Shown piece after piece: positions 24,925 through 37,261 of a stretch of DNA of 64,000 nt. The translations under genes and the position numbers were made by a program. Below the pieces are notes generated by a model. It ran no database searches and had not been told where the DNA came from. It saw nothing but the letters and a program-made list of their open reading frames with translations. Origin of the DNA: Octopus sinensis. Lineage: Eukaryota. Position 1 is the first letter of the stretch. Each line of letters opens with the position of its first letter. The DNA lies in contig NC_043000.1 of the NCBI RefSeq assembly GCF_006345805.1, positions 107,508,001 to 107,572,000 of the forward strand. Direction: 5' to 3'.

Positions 24925-25496
24925 ACAAGGAACTTATGTCAGCATCATGACGAACAAAAATTTTTAGATGGCTGCCCACACGGAGTCCATAGTGATAATG
25001 AGTGTTTCTTTAAAATATTCCGTTATAAGCAGTGACGTCAAAATTGGTTGAATGGAGGAGATTCTAGAAAGTTCAAGAGTTCAAAAAGGTTGGAATGGGA
25101 GAGTTCTAAGAATAGGAAGGTGACAGGGTGCAAGTCGTATGTATGGTGATGTGTTGTTGTTTGCTTATCCTAATGAGATTGAGTGCCTATGTGTGTGTAT
25201 GTATATAACTGCATTCGTGTCTATGTGTGTGTATGTGTGTGCGTGATTGTGTGTGGGGGGGATAGATGCCAAATACAACTAGTGGTGAAATGACAGGTTT
25301 GTGTCTGTGTGTTTAATTGTGCTTACGATAGAGAGAGGGAGAGAGAGAGGGGGGAGATGTAGAGAGACAAAGGTGAAACATACCCCAACGAATTTGGTAG
25401 TAGTCCTTCATGAAACGGAGTATAAAAATTTGTCTATGGTGGTGTCGTAGAAGTGGAACCAAATTATTAAATTAAGGAGGTTATCTATATTAATCA

Positions 25497-27825
25497 TCAT
25501 TCATATGAGTTGAAGGTGTGTTTCTGCCAGTGCATGCACCTATACGATTTTTCTACCATTGTGTTTACCAAAGGGAGTTTGGCGAAAAGTATATGGAAAA
25601 GTTCGGAATTACAGACGCCACAAAATTTTCTGCCTTTATCAAACGGAAAGGATACAGACAATATGGACCATTCCAGCTTGAAAGTTATATTGCTGTCCTT
25701 AAGGCGCCAAACTAATTTACTTAGTCCTGTGCTTTGTTGTTTTCTCTTATCTCGGAAAGTTGAATAATGATTGGAAATCCTCTGGGATAATTTAGAAGTA
25801 GTCGCCCCAATGTAGAAGAAGACACCGGTACCGGAAGAAATTTTACACTGGTAAATGGAATTTCTAATTTTGGAATTGCTGGACAAGAACTTTAATCTGT
25901 TAGGGTTTACCTCCGAGACTAAGACGGATTTTTTATTGTTATGATTGCTGTTAATATTATTGCTAGCACTGACCACTATACTATTCCTATTATTGTTAAT
26001 GCCAACGCTGCTATGAATGTTGCTATTATCAATACTATTTCTATTATTATTATTATTATTGTATGTTTGGTTGGAATTGGTAAGGGCAGTGTCGTGACTC
26101 CCGGGTGAAGAATCCTTATTTAGCAGCTTGTTATTATGGGAGGCAATAATTTGCGGTAGATTTCTAGTGTTATAGAATGCAATCCTTACCTTATGCGAAT
26201 TGATAGTAGAGTAATACCTAGAATTCCTGGGAAAGTTCCTAGCTACGGCTTCACGGAACTGTAAAGGAAGGTTAGACTTGATTTGTTTTCCGAAAGGTAT
26301 GACAAACCAGATATAGTTTTTTTGTGGACATAGAATTGTTCAGAGTGTTACCATTTACATTAAAGGGAATATTTCTGTGCTGGAAATTTGGGGTTGGTTG
26401 CCGATTGCCTCCCCTGGTCCGTAAATTATTTTTCTTAAGTCTAGTTGTGTCGACGTTGTTAGAGCTGAAATCATTATTCTCACTATTTCTATTGTTATTA
26501 GTTTTCTTATCCTGAGAAGCATATATTGGTTTAAAATGGGCCGGGTCGTTATATGATACTTTATCTCTATAACCGGCTTTTGACAAGGCGGCATTATAAA
26601 ATTCCGCTTTTTGGTTAAAGATGTCGACATCAGCAGATAATTTTGACAGTCTTAAAGAAATATTTAAAACTAAATTATTGGTAACAGTTTTAGCATGGTT
26701 ACTGAAAATGCTGATATATTTAAGATTAGTAGAAGGCTTATGATAAGGGAAGTATGAATTATTCTGCAGATTTAGGGTAACATCTAAGAAGTTGACTTTA
26801 GTTAATTCGTCGTCGAAAACTATGCTCAAGCCCATTCTGCTAAATAATCTAGCTAATCTGTTCTTAGTCTTCTGTACCCTATTGTTCGGAGCATTCTGGA
26901 GGTAAAGTAGACAATCGTCTCGATATAGACCGCCACAGATGTCCGGGAATTGGTCGGCCAATTCATAGAGAATATAGATTCCGACCAAATCGACTATCTG
27001 GGCGCTGTCTGTACTTCCCATTAGCACATCGAACGCGTTGGGGGTATCTCTGCGGACCCACAACTTATCGAACTGTATGAAAGATTTTCTAACCGCTAAT
27101 ATCACATTAAGTTCCTCCCTGGAGAGGCCTGCCTTATTATGTGCGTGCCATAGGGCCTTATTGAGTACACTAGGGTTGATCGAAGGGTAGAAACTAGATA
27201 TATCGAATTGTATAAATTTTGTGTTGTCCTTATTAGTAATAGAAGTAAACCACTCTACGACTTGAGTGGAGTTAGACCATAAGCTGAGTTTTAACTTATT
27301 AATTAATATAGGTATGTATTTATCTAAAATGTACTTACTAAGGGTACCGATGTCGGAACTAGAAGGGCATATGAGCCTTAATGCCGGGTTGGTATGAAAG
27401 TTCTATTTATGGTCCTTAACGATGAATCTTGGTTGTCTGGGGTTCAGCGGTTGTGTTTTCATTTGTAATCCATACGTTTCCATGATTTTCTTAATTTCTA
27501 AGTTGGCTTGTCTGAGTGTATTCCTACTTGTTGTCCTGTAATTCTTATGTATTTCTTTCTTGAGCATTTCTAAATACTGGTTCCTTGTAAGCTTATATAT
27601 GTTCCCGGTTTTATCCGATTGGACCAGGATCGCGTCTAATCTGTTTATATCTCTGGTGACTTTATCGAGGTATTTGAGGTGTTTATACCTAAGGGGCGAT
27701 TTACGGAATTTAATGTCCCTTACGATGTCCCACAGATAATCTTCAAATTTCTTCAGTCTGGGATTAGGTGGAGGGGTTCCCCTCGACTTAAATAACTTTT
27801 TATATTCAAAAGAGGCGTCGATACT
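25497..27825 (-). pseudogene. PLE RT-GIY-YIG ORF with one TAG (27403) and one frameshift (A-run near 26325)
   Basis: LVQSDKTGNIY; KDHK*NFHTNPALRLICP; QFDISSFYPSI; FDVLMGSTDSAQIVDLVG; GLYRDD; VNFLDVTL; YIWFVIPF; SIYQCK..FFYIGAT..STGLSKLVWRLK..FCGVCNSE..CMHWQKH. Confidence 0.93.
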
Positions 27826-27961
27826 CTTCTCCATTCAACCAATTTTGACGTCACTGCTTATAACGGAATAGTTTAAAGAAACACTCATTATCACTATGGA
27901 CTCCGTGTGGGCAGTCATCTAAAAATTTTTGTTCGTCATGATGCTGACATAAGTTCCTTGT

Positions 27962-28034
27962 CTTTCCTGATGAGAAGGCGCCCCTTATTCCTTCGGAATT
28001 AGGAATATGCAGTCTTCGAAACATATGTCGAGAA
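27962..28034 (+). ncRNA. Type I hammerhead ribozyme in the inverted pLTR (cleavage after C28029)
   Basis: CTGATGA 27967-27973, GAAA 28018-28021. Same fold as 24842-24924 but 10 nt shorter in the stem II loop. Confidence 0.85.
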
Positions 28035-28075
28035 TAAAGGAATTTTGTTAAATCGTCGTTCAACTCCATTCTTTC

Positions 28076-28122
<47 letters not shown>

Positions 28123-28159
28123 TATATGATTGAATTATACGCATCCATTTCAAGTAAGT

Positions 28160-28860
28160 TTAACTTAATAATTTTGATGTGATTCTCTGTACTGTTCTCT
28201 CTCCCTTTCGTGTCCTCTCTCTTCTTTTCTCTTATTCTCTTTATCTCCCCTTGCCCCTCTTTCTTTTTGTCTCTCATCCTTTCTCTAATTCCTTTCCTCT
28301 CCCCTTCACCGTTCTCTATCTGTCCCTCTCTCTTTCTCACTCTTCTTCTTTTACTCTCTCGTTGATCAAACTTGAGCTTCTTTCTTTCCTTTTGATCTGC
28401 AACAAAATCACACGCATTCTTGTCTGTCTCTTCTTCTATCTTTTCTCCTGTCAAAGCTTGATCCTTCAGCGTTCGCCACCTCAACTCATTATAGCTTAGC
28501 AGACTTTACTGTTTCTTTTCACTGTCCTGTTTTTGTTACCAACTTTGACCCTCCGCAAATTCCAAATATTTTTTTGCTTTGCGTGAGCAACTGATTTCTC
28601 GAAGACATATCTTATTGTAATAGTCCGAAATTTGGAGTAGATAAAGCAACCGACAACTGAAGAAGGGTTGTTCTTTATGCTACTTGTCTTGTTTTCCATT
28701 TGTTTCTTTTGTTGTTCACAAAAACGTTTGTATTCCATGTTTTCGTATCTCTTATTTCATGTTGTTTACGTTTTATGACGTCCTGTACCCATATATGCAT
28801 ATGAATATACACATTTATGTAAGTATGTACATATATATATGTATATATGCAAATATATAT
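28160..28860 (+). mobile_element. Non-coding pyrimidine-rich repeat with HHR-like half motifs
   Basis: ccGAAAtttggagtagataaagcaaccgacaaCTGAAGAagggttg...ttatgacgtcctgtacc, shared with 24358-24570 and 57780-57940. Confidence 0.55.
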
Positions 28861-29482
28861 TATTTATATTAGTATATGATTGAACGCCACACATCCATTT
28901 CCAAGTGTATATATATATATATATACACACAATCTCACTCTACATTTCTCTTCCTCTCTTTGTTCTTATACCCCCATATTTCTCATTTTATATCCTGACT
29001 TACGGTCAGGTCTCTCATATATCTTAGTCAGTCTATTTAGCTCAGTAAATAACTGTTATTCTAACTGCTCTGCTTCACCTTTCTGTAGCTGACAGAATAT
29101 TTTTCCTCTCTTCTACATACGCACCATACTCTTGTGCTGTTTTGCGTTATTTTTGTCATAACTCACAGTTGATCTCTTTCCTTTTTGTTCTAGCAGCTAA
29201 AGTTTAGCCTTTAAGAATACACTTTTCCTTGTCGAACGAATTTCCTAAGATACAGTCGTTAAAATTCAACATATTTTCATGTCTTTTGCGTCTCGTCTGC
29301 GCTAAACTATATGAGCAAGCGAATGTGTGAGTTGTTGCTGACAACGGAGCACTATTGGCAGTATTGTCCACACTTTTCGAAACCCCTAATATTCAGTACA
29401 TAGATAGCTGAAGACGGGTGATTCCTTCGCTAGCTCCGTATGTTATGTGTATTTCCCTACATGTCCACGGTTACACACACAC

Positions 29483-29544
<62 letters not shown>

Positions 29545-29607
29545 ACATATATATATATATTTACATGCACCTCCATATCTATGTATATGCATATATGTAC
29601 GTATACC

Positions 29608-29641
<34 letters not shown>

Positions 29642-29874
29642 ATATATACGTACGTATACCCATATATATATATATTATATATATATATACGTACGTATAC
29701 TCATATATATATAATAAAATTTTATAGTTTGCTTGAAGCATTGTGTATAGTATGTGACGTTAAACAATGCAAAATGAACTGTAAGATCAGTTAACGAAAA
29801 TTAAATGTAAGTTAACTGGTATGCTGTATTTTGATTTTTGTTTTTATATTGTTGTCACTGTTGGTTTTTTATGT

Positions 29875-30010
29875 GTCTAATATTTCCGGACTTAAAATTC
29901 CCTTCATCGGGGTTTAAGGAGGTTTCTTTGGATAAAATTTTATATAATCGACTAGCTTCCACATGTTTTCCCGCTACAAAATTTACTCCTATGGGATCCA
30001 ATTCGCCCGG
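29875..30010 (-). mobile_element. Possible PLE 3' fragment: GIY-YIG C-terminus running into a degenerate HHR
   Basis: KHVEASRLYKILSKETSLNPDEG (EA..I....LN..DEG pattern) overlapping CCGATGA-a-ggga...tccg-GAAA-TATT. Confidence 0.45.
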
Positions 30011-30013
30011 GTT

Positions 30014-30052
<39 letters not shown>

Positions 30053-30962
30053 TACTTCTATCATCGTGGGCGAGGAGTCTATGTACCTGTATGTATGTAT
30101 ATATATAGACTACACACCCACATCGATAGAATAAAGTGGGAAGGAGAAATTTCTTTTATAATACCGAGGTTTTTCGCTGACAGTAAATGACAGCCATCAC
30201 ATTCAAATAAGATTCAGGGAACGTTCTGACACCAGCATCATTAATTTCCCTTTTATACCTTTGCGTTGACCGAGAAAAACATTAAACAAACAAAACACAA
30301 CGTATTAGCATCCATGTATTTGGTTCAGAAAATAATTCACCATGCACAGAAGTATTACAAAGAAAATTCATCATTCTCACCGATCCATCTCGTAATTGAT
30401 TTCTTTTTTGCATGTATATATGCGCATGCGCACACAGACACACACAGACACACAGACAGACACACACACAAACACACACAGACACAGGCACACAGATGCA
30501 CACATAGATACGTGTATGTATATGTATATACATACACACAGCCACACACACAAGCACACAAGCACACACACGTACAAACACACACACCACACACACACGA
30601 ATTGTGTTAAATAATATCCAATTTTACTTTTTCCTCGCCAAAACAAGGGCCATGTGGGCAAAACTCTTTTGAGTCGGTGGTGATGCGAGCCTTCCTGCGC
30701 ATGTGTGAACATCTTCGTGCTGGGACGTCTCGCTAGTTCCTAGATCGTACCTCGTACGTATATGTATTTAAATGTGTTTATATGTGTGTATGTATGTATG
30801 TATGTATGTGTGCGCGCGCGTGTGTGCATGTGTGAGTATGTATATATACATATATATATATACATAATAATAATTAATTGAGGGATTATTAATCCAAACT
30901 TACAGGGAAAAAAATTAAATTTAGAAATACTAAATCAAATTTCACACAATATAATATATATG

Positions 30963-31020
<58 letters not shown>

Positions 31021-31258
31021 AAGACCTACCTTTTATCAATTCAAAATGAACAATTAAATTACACCATCTAGAAAATTACGTATAACAGAAATATTAAAAT
31101 TAAAATAACAATAAAATATCAATGATTAAGTAAATTCCAAAAAAATAATAAAAACATATATATATATATATATATAGTATATATCTATATCATATTTATG
31201 TATATATATGTATATACACTTACGTATATGTACATATACATGGATATATATGTGTACA

Positions 31259-31309
<51 letters not shown>

Positions 31310-31310
<1 letters not shown>

Positions 31311-31853
31311 GATTGTAAGCCATCAAAGTGACACTGAGGTAAAATATACGAAGCCCAGTGTACACATCATGACTACCCATCTGATATAGCTACACTAGTC
31401 ACATGCATCACAGCCATATGTGCGCGACATGGTGATCTCATATGAGGATAAACAGCACATCATCTGCAGGTGGGGCCCAGTTAGAATTTTCTTCAAGTCG
31501 AGTGGTCCATCCTACTCAAAAGGTCCCTGAAGAAGGGTTGTTTAAGGATGTTGAACGAAACACTCATGTTTCCAAAGGTGAATTATCCAAACCTTGAAGA
31601 ATTCCTCTCAACACATGGCTATGATGCTCTCCCACTACTTCTGCTCGTGATCAGAGATGCACATATCGCTAGCCGGTAAGGAACATGCTTAACCGTTTAA
31701 GGTCAAACAACTGACAAGTAAATCTATGGTATTGAACAAAGTATTTTCTGTAGCTTATCTTTTATACCAAGACAAAACAATGTACATGATAACACTTCCA
31801 ATCAGTTAAGATCAGTAGCCATGAGAGCCACAGCCTTGTATTGCATCAGGGTA
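31310..31853 (-). mobile_element. Interspersed retroposon-like repeat with an (AAT)n tail
   Basis: Both ends are homologous to 32150-32365, and the left end abuts (ATT)n. Confidence 0.7.
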
Positions 31854-31866
31854 CTTCTTCTTCTTC

Positions 31867-31898
<32 letters not shown>

Positions 31899-32147
31899 CT
31901 TCTTCTTCTCTTCTTCTTCTTCTTCTTCTTCTTCTTCTTCTTCTTCTTCTTCTTCTTCTTCTTCTTCTTCTTCTCCTCTTCTTCTTCTTCTTCTTCTCTT
32001 CTTCTTCTTCTCTCTTCTCTCTCTTCTTCTTTCTTCTTCTTCTTCTTCTTCTCCTCCTCCTCCTTTTCCTTCGTCTCCTCCTGCTCCTGCTCCTCATCCT
32101 TCTTCTTCTTCTTCTTCTTCTTCTTCTTCTTCTTCTCTTCTTCTTCT
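31854..32147. repeat. (TTC)n/(TCC)n array
   Basis: Direct trinucleotide array; it accounts for the poly-L/F/S/R ORFs. Confidence 0.97.
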
Positions 32148-32149
32148 TT

Positions 32150-32365
32150 GGAGTGAGAGAGCAGTGCATGCCATCAAAGTGACACTGGGGTAAAATATAC
32201 GACATGCTCAACTGGTTAAGGCCAAACAACTGACCAAGCAAATCTGTGAATATTTGCTGGAACCCATCTTTTATACCAAGGCAAAACAATGTACATGATA
32301 ACACTTTCAATCAGTTAAGATCAGAAGCCATGAGAGCCACTGTCTGTTACTGCATCAGGGCATTC
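32150..32365 (-). mobile_element. Internally deleted copy of the 31310-31853 repeat
   Basis: gccatcaaagtgacactggggtaaaatatacga is joined directly to catgctcaactgg, about 340 bp shorter. Confidence 0.75.
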
Positions 32366-32808
32366 ACTGCATCATATTATTCAAAACGACCTCATCATGC
32401 TAGAATAAAATGGAAAAAAATTAAATTAAATTTTCATATTACCAGTTCTGGAATTTTCCATGCTATAAACGTCACATGGTGCTGTAATTCGGTTCCTACT
32501 GATTCCTGCTAATTGGCCAGAAGGCTAGTTAATAAAAGTGGTAGCATGTTTCTAGAGGCTTTTGTCGACACGTAACCTAGTAGTAATCGTAACAATGGCC
32601 CAAGTATGGCTCGTAGTAGGGTTGGTGGTGTTTGTTGTCTCCCTTCCTCAGCCGTAAGAGTAAGCGTGACAACACACATTAAAATTAATAAAATTTTTGT
32701 AAAGTTTTACGAGAAAAAGGTGAACTTCAATGTTCTAGTTTACCGCTTGGTGGAGTTCGATATCATTGCCGACATTTTCCTTGTGAAAATTAATATTTAT
32801 GTACGAAC

Positions 32809-32839
<31 letters not shown>

Positions 32840-33243
32840 TGTATGTATGTATGTATGTATGTATTGTATGCATGTATGTATGTGTGTATGTATGTATGTA
32901 TGTATGTAACATACATACATACGTACATATATAATTTACATTTCTGTTAAGATAAGATTAACAAAAAAGAATTTCATCTGGTGAGAGATAAATATTGTTT
33001 AATGTTCCTTACACTGGAGATATTTTCTAGGTTGATTTAAATAAAATACCTAATATCTCGAACCATAACCTGTAATTCTGTAATTGCTTGGAGACAAGCA
33101 ATGTCTCGTGTTATTTAAAACTGCCTAGAAAACATCACCAATGTAGAAAATACTTTGTTGCTCGTAACTATATTCAGTGTACATACATACATATATGTAT
33201 GTGTATATATATATACGTGTGTATGTATATATATATATATTAT

Positions 33244-33292
<49 letters not shown>

Positions 33293-34379
33293 TTTATTGA
33301 AATGATTATCAGTTCATTACACTAGACTGAAAAGTTAAATTTTATATTGATATCTAAGGCATGTGGCAATTGTTGACAGGTTTCGATCGCAGGATGTGAA
33401 ATGATATCGCTTTTCACATCAGGAAGTAAATGAAAATTCAAAACGCTGGTATATTTATAGATGTGTTCAACACATTTGGGTTAAATGACGAATGACCGAA
33501 CATTCGTTGTAGTTCAAATGTCTATACAAAGGTGAAACTTTCACTTGAAGGAATTTATGAAAGACAAGATTAAAAGATTGATGATATTTGATTGGGAGAT
33601 TGGTCATGGCTTTGATTAATTCATATCTAAATATAGAAGTGAAAAATAGGTTTTTACCTATTTATGTGCACGTGTGTGTGTGTGTGTGCATATATATTTA
33701 TATCCCTAATAAATTGTTATTTTTCTTGTTCTTAAATAGATATTTTTCAGTTATTTATGTCTATGCGACATACTATATCCATAGAAACGTATGAATATTT
33801 GTGTCTATATATGGATATATGCACATATATATGTGTGTGTATCTGTATGCATTTTTACATTTTTCTGATTGATGGCTTAAAATTAATAGATAGCATATAT
33901 AAAATTTCCAGTTATTCCATAAGTAAATGACTTGAGCTGTCTTTATAGAAACGACCTAATAGTAATTAATTAAGTACATGAATTAATATTAAACTGATTC
34001 TATCTAATCTTCCTTTTTAATGTTTATAATTGATATATATATACACCTTTCACCTATTTTGGTTATGATATTTTTGAAATTCTTAAATTTTAATTTTATA
34101 CAGCATAACAATATTGCTTATAAACAATCACCCATAGTGCCCCTAAATAAATTTTCCTCTGTATTAACATCTTAGGTTTCTTAGCGTCTTGCCCCTTTAT
34201 CTGGTAATTAACATCATGATTTAAAGTCCACCCTTGTCCTGCCTCTTTTTATAGATAGTTATTTATATCCAAATGACTACTCCTAATGTCTTATTTCCTC
34301 CCCGATGAAAGGGGGAAATATGATAATATTTATGACCATACTTAGCCATGAGGTGTCAATTCACTCTTGTTCATTATTC

Positions 34380-34660
34380 AAAATAGATACTGTCATCCAG
34401 CTTTAGATTTAATAGTTGATAAAGAGATAGATGAATTAAGATTACCTTACAACCATATGACACGACTATGCTCCATGTCTCTTCTTTGTTACAATAGCGA
34501 CGACATGAATTTCTTCCATCTTCTTGCTCTGTTAAAATACTTGAGAAAAATTATATCAAAGTGTCCTACTTGTTAATCAATTCGAACACTTCCTTTTGGA
34601 AGCCCTTATCTCGAATTTTTATCTCTTTATTTGTCACTCTTCCCTTCAGTACCTGAACCC
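34380..34660 (-). pseudogene. Possible LINE C-terminal fragment (related piece at 36820-36950)
   Basis: WVQVLKGRVTNKEIKIRDKGFQKEVFEL versus WIQVLNGGVTNKGIKIRDKAFYKELLEL in the two copies. Downstream SCRRYCNKEETW...C is weakly zinc-knuckle-like. Confidence 0.3.
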
Positions 34661-34958
34661 AACGTATATGATGCATAGTTTTCTCATATGACTTTTACAT
34701 ATAATTTCGTTCATTGATTTAAATTCCACTTGTTTATTTGTGTAGCTGACGATGGCATTGAATTTAAATTGATGTAATGATTGATTGCATTGTTCAATTA
34801 AATGGAGCTGTTTGAAACGGTCGTACTGCATTACTACTTGATATCCTGTTGCTTATTTTGATTTCATTCACCTTATTTCGGGCTGTGCAGATAATACCGT
34901 ACTGACTTGGTGCTCAACTTAAGTACCTAATTCAAATGAACCTCAGTTATTCTTATAT

Positions 34959-35002
<44 letters not shown>

Positions 35003-35131
35003 TAATTGAGGGTAAAATTAATTAATTATTAATCAATTTCACCAAGTATTTTTTGGCTGCTATTTCTAATGAGTTCAGTATGTGGCAAAGTAATTTATTT
35101 TACTAAGCCCTTTATAAAATGTAATATATAT

Positions 35132-35211
<80 letters not shown>

Positions 35212-35268
35212 CGATATATATGCGTGTATATTGGTAATTAGAAAGTAATATACACCCACATATATATA

Positions 35269-36570
35269 CACCCTGAACCACGCTAATAGCTTGTGAAGAG
35301 TAATGATATATATTAAGTATACATTGAGTATATATTTAACAGAAAACCACAATATTATAACATTTATTGAAATAATGAGCACCATTTCGACGGATAACTT
35401 AAAAAGTCTATTAGTCATGGAAATCTGTCAATTTCTTGATATTAGCTGGTTGGACTGCCTCTCCTGCAACTTTGATGGTCGCCCATAAGACTTCTATCGT
35501 CGTGAATTGGCGTCCATTGGCAAAGGCATCTTGTTTAATGGTGGATCAAAGATTTTCGATAGGGTTGAGATCCGGAGATGTTGGCGGCCACACCATCAAC
35601 ATTTCACCTTGTCTGCTACAAGAACCTAGTAATGTTTGGGTGGTCCTAGCAGAGTGGGAGGGAGCGTCGTCATGCATGAATAAGAAATGTCTTAGAAGTG
35701 ACAGCGGTATATCATCTAGTCAGGAATCCAAGACCTCCTTCAAGAGATTACAGTAGGCGGCTGCGGTTATTTTAACCCCTTCAGGCACCCTGACTGGGCC
35801 AACAAGTCTGTTCCCAATGATCCCAGCCCACAACATGACTCTTCCATCCCGTTGTTGACGATCACCTCCAAAATAGACCCAACTAATTGCCCAACTGTCA
35901 GGTCCATCAAGGGTTGCCCTGGTTTCGTCAGTGAGCAGAACACAACTCATGTGTAATGTCATGTACTTTTGGGCCCACTGAAACCTCAAACTACTGTGAC
36001 AGGGCGTTAAAGGAGGCAGTTTCAGGGGTTCTCGCACGGAAGCCATGGTTCTAAGGATGCGATTTCTGGTGGTTTTCGTACATGAGGAAGTCCGGAGGCG
36101 GTGAAAATGGCCTTGCTTGTTTGTCTCGGTTTCTCACGTAACTTGCAGCCAATATTCCTTAAATCCATAGCTGTCACAGTCTTGGAGGTCCCACAATCGG
36201 ATCGATTCTTCCTTGGCAAAGCGTCCTTCAGGAATCGTCTAACCGTGTCAACATGACGACTTAACTACTCCGCAAAGACATGAAGAGAGATGCCTTTAAG
36301 ACTTTCCTTGATGATCACAGATTTTCTTCATCGTTAAGGCCTTTTCTATATTCCATCGTTCTTATAGAGCGGAGACGCTTTTAGCGTGGTTCACCCCAAA
36401 ATTGAAGAAGCAGAAATAAAAAAGAAAGGACGTTACACAGAATCAGGAAAACATAATAATGGTGTTGCCATAGTATGCAAACCAGCTACGAAAAGTTTTA
36501 TCAAAATCGATTCACAGAAAACTGAGAAATCCTAAATTTCATTCCTAAGCTATTAGCGTGGTTCTGAGTG
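35269..36570 (-). mobile_element. Tc1/mariner transposon, DD37E (TRT-type), full length but inactivated
   Basis: 24-bp TIRs (22/24 identical) with TA flanks. Transposase TDETRATLDGPD..RQQ..VMLWAGII..LVGPVRV..FLFMHDDAPSH..WPPTSPDLNPIENL*; 37 residues counted between the second D and the E. Confidence 0.9.
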
Positions 36571-36661
36571 TATATGTATACATACATACATGAGATAAGA
36601 AAAGTTCTCCTTCCTTTTTAATCTCTAGAATTACCATGTAGGATTTCATCGCGAAGGAAAC

Positions 36662-36752
36662 CATCCTGATGAGGGGAGCGTTATATTTGTGTATTAGGAA
36701 TACTTAAAACGCCATTTATACATTTATTGTATCCCTGAAACAGCCGTAGATG
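36662..36752 (+). ncRNA. Type I hammerhead ribozyme in a solo pLTR-like segment (cleavage after A36748)
   Basis: catc-CTGATGA-gggga...tccct-GAAA-C-agcc-GTA-gatg. Confidence 0.78.
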
Positions 36753-37211
36753 ATATCCTTTATCCGAATTCACCCGAATCTGTATATATTTATTTAATCT
36801 ACCTATTTACCGCTGAATTTTTAAATTTTGACATTTCGTATAAACATCAAATTCTTAAACAATTCCAACAGTTCCTTATAAAAAGCCTTATCCCGAATTT
36901 TTATCCCTTTATTTGTTACTCCTCCATTCAGTACCTGAATCCAACATGTACCTGAAGCCAACAGTACCTGAATCCAACAATTTTTTCCATGTCGATTATC
37001 CTGCATTTTATAGGGGAATGTGAATCATTGAAAAAACTGTAAGGGAACCGGCTCGTAAAATTTATTGAAAAGTTTCAGAACCACTGATCTAGATGTCTGA
37101 TAAGTATCTCCTGAGAAATTACATTTTTTTCGTTATGTGATATATTTGACAGTCATCCTTCACACACTCATTCACTCACACACAAGCATGCACAAATACT
37201 CATATATATAT

Positions 37212-37255
<44 letters not shown>

Positions 37256-37261
37256 GAGAGA

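Larger units (their letters stand above)
24790..28080 (-). mobile_element. Penelope-like element of the YRDD (Naiad-type) group, 5'-truncated, with an inverted pseudo-LTR
   Basis: 24790-25065 is the reverse complement of 27826-28080. RT plus C-terminal GIY-YIG ORF lies between them, with an HHR in each pLTR. Confidence 0.92.

Noticed and set aside
25497-27825. Possible selenoprotein-type Naiad ORF (in-frame UGA)
   Set aside because: The only internal stop I found is TAG at 27403. The TGA TGA at 25494-25499 follows the natural end of the endonuclease, and no SECIS was recognised.
24358-28860. Inverted related segments (24358-24570 and 28640-28860) flanking the PLE as a larger composite element
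   Set aside because: They are far more diverged from each other than the PLE's pLTRs and a third relative exists at 57780-57940, so independent insertions are more likely.
31520-31575. CTGAAGA...GAAAC...GTT hammerhead-like string
   Set aside because: No stem I, and stem II would need an 8-nt bulge; probably chance within another repeat.
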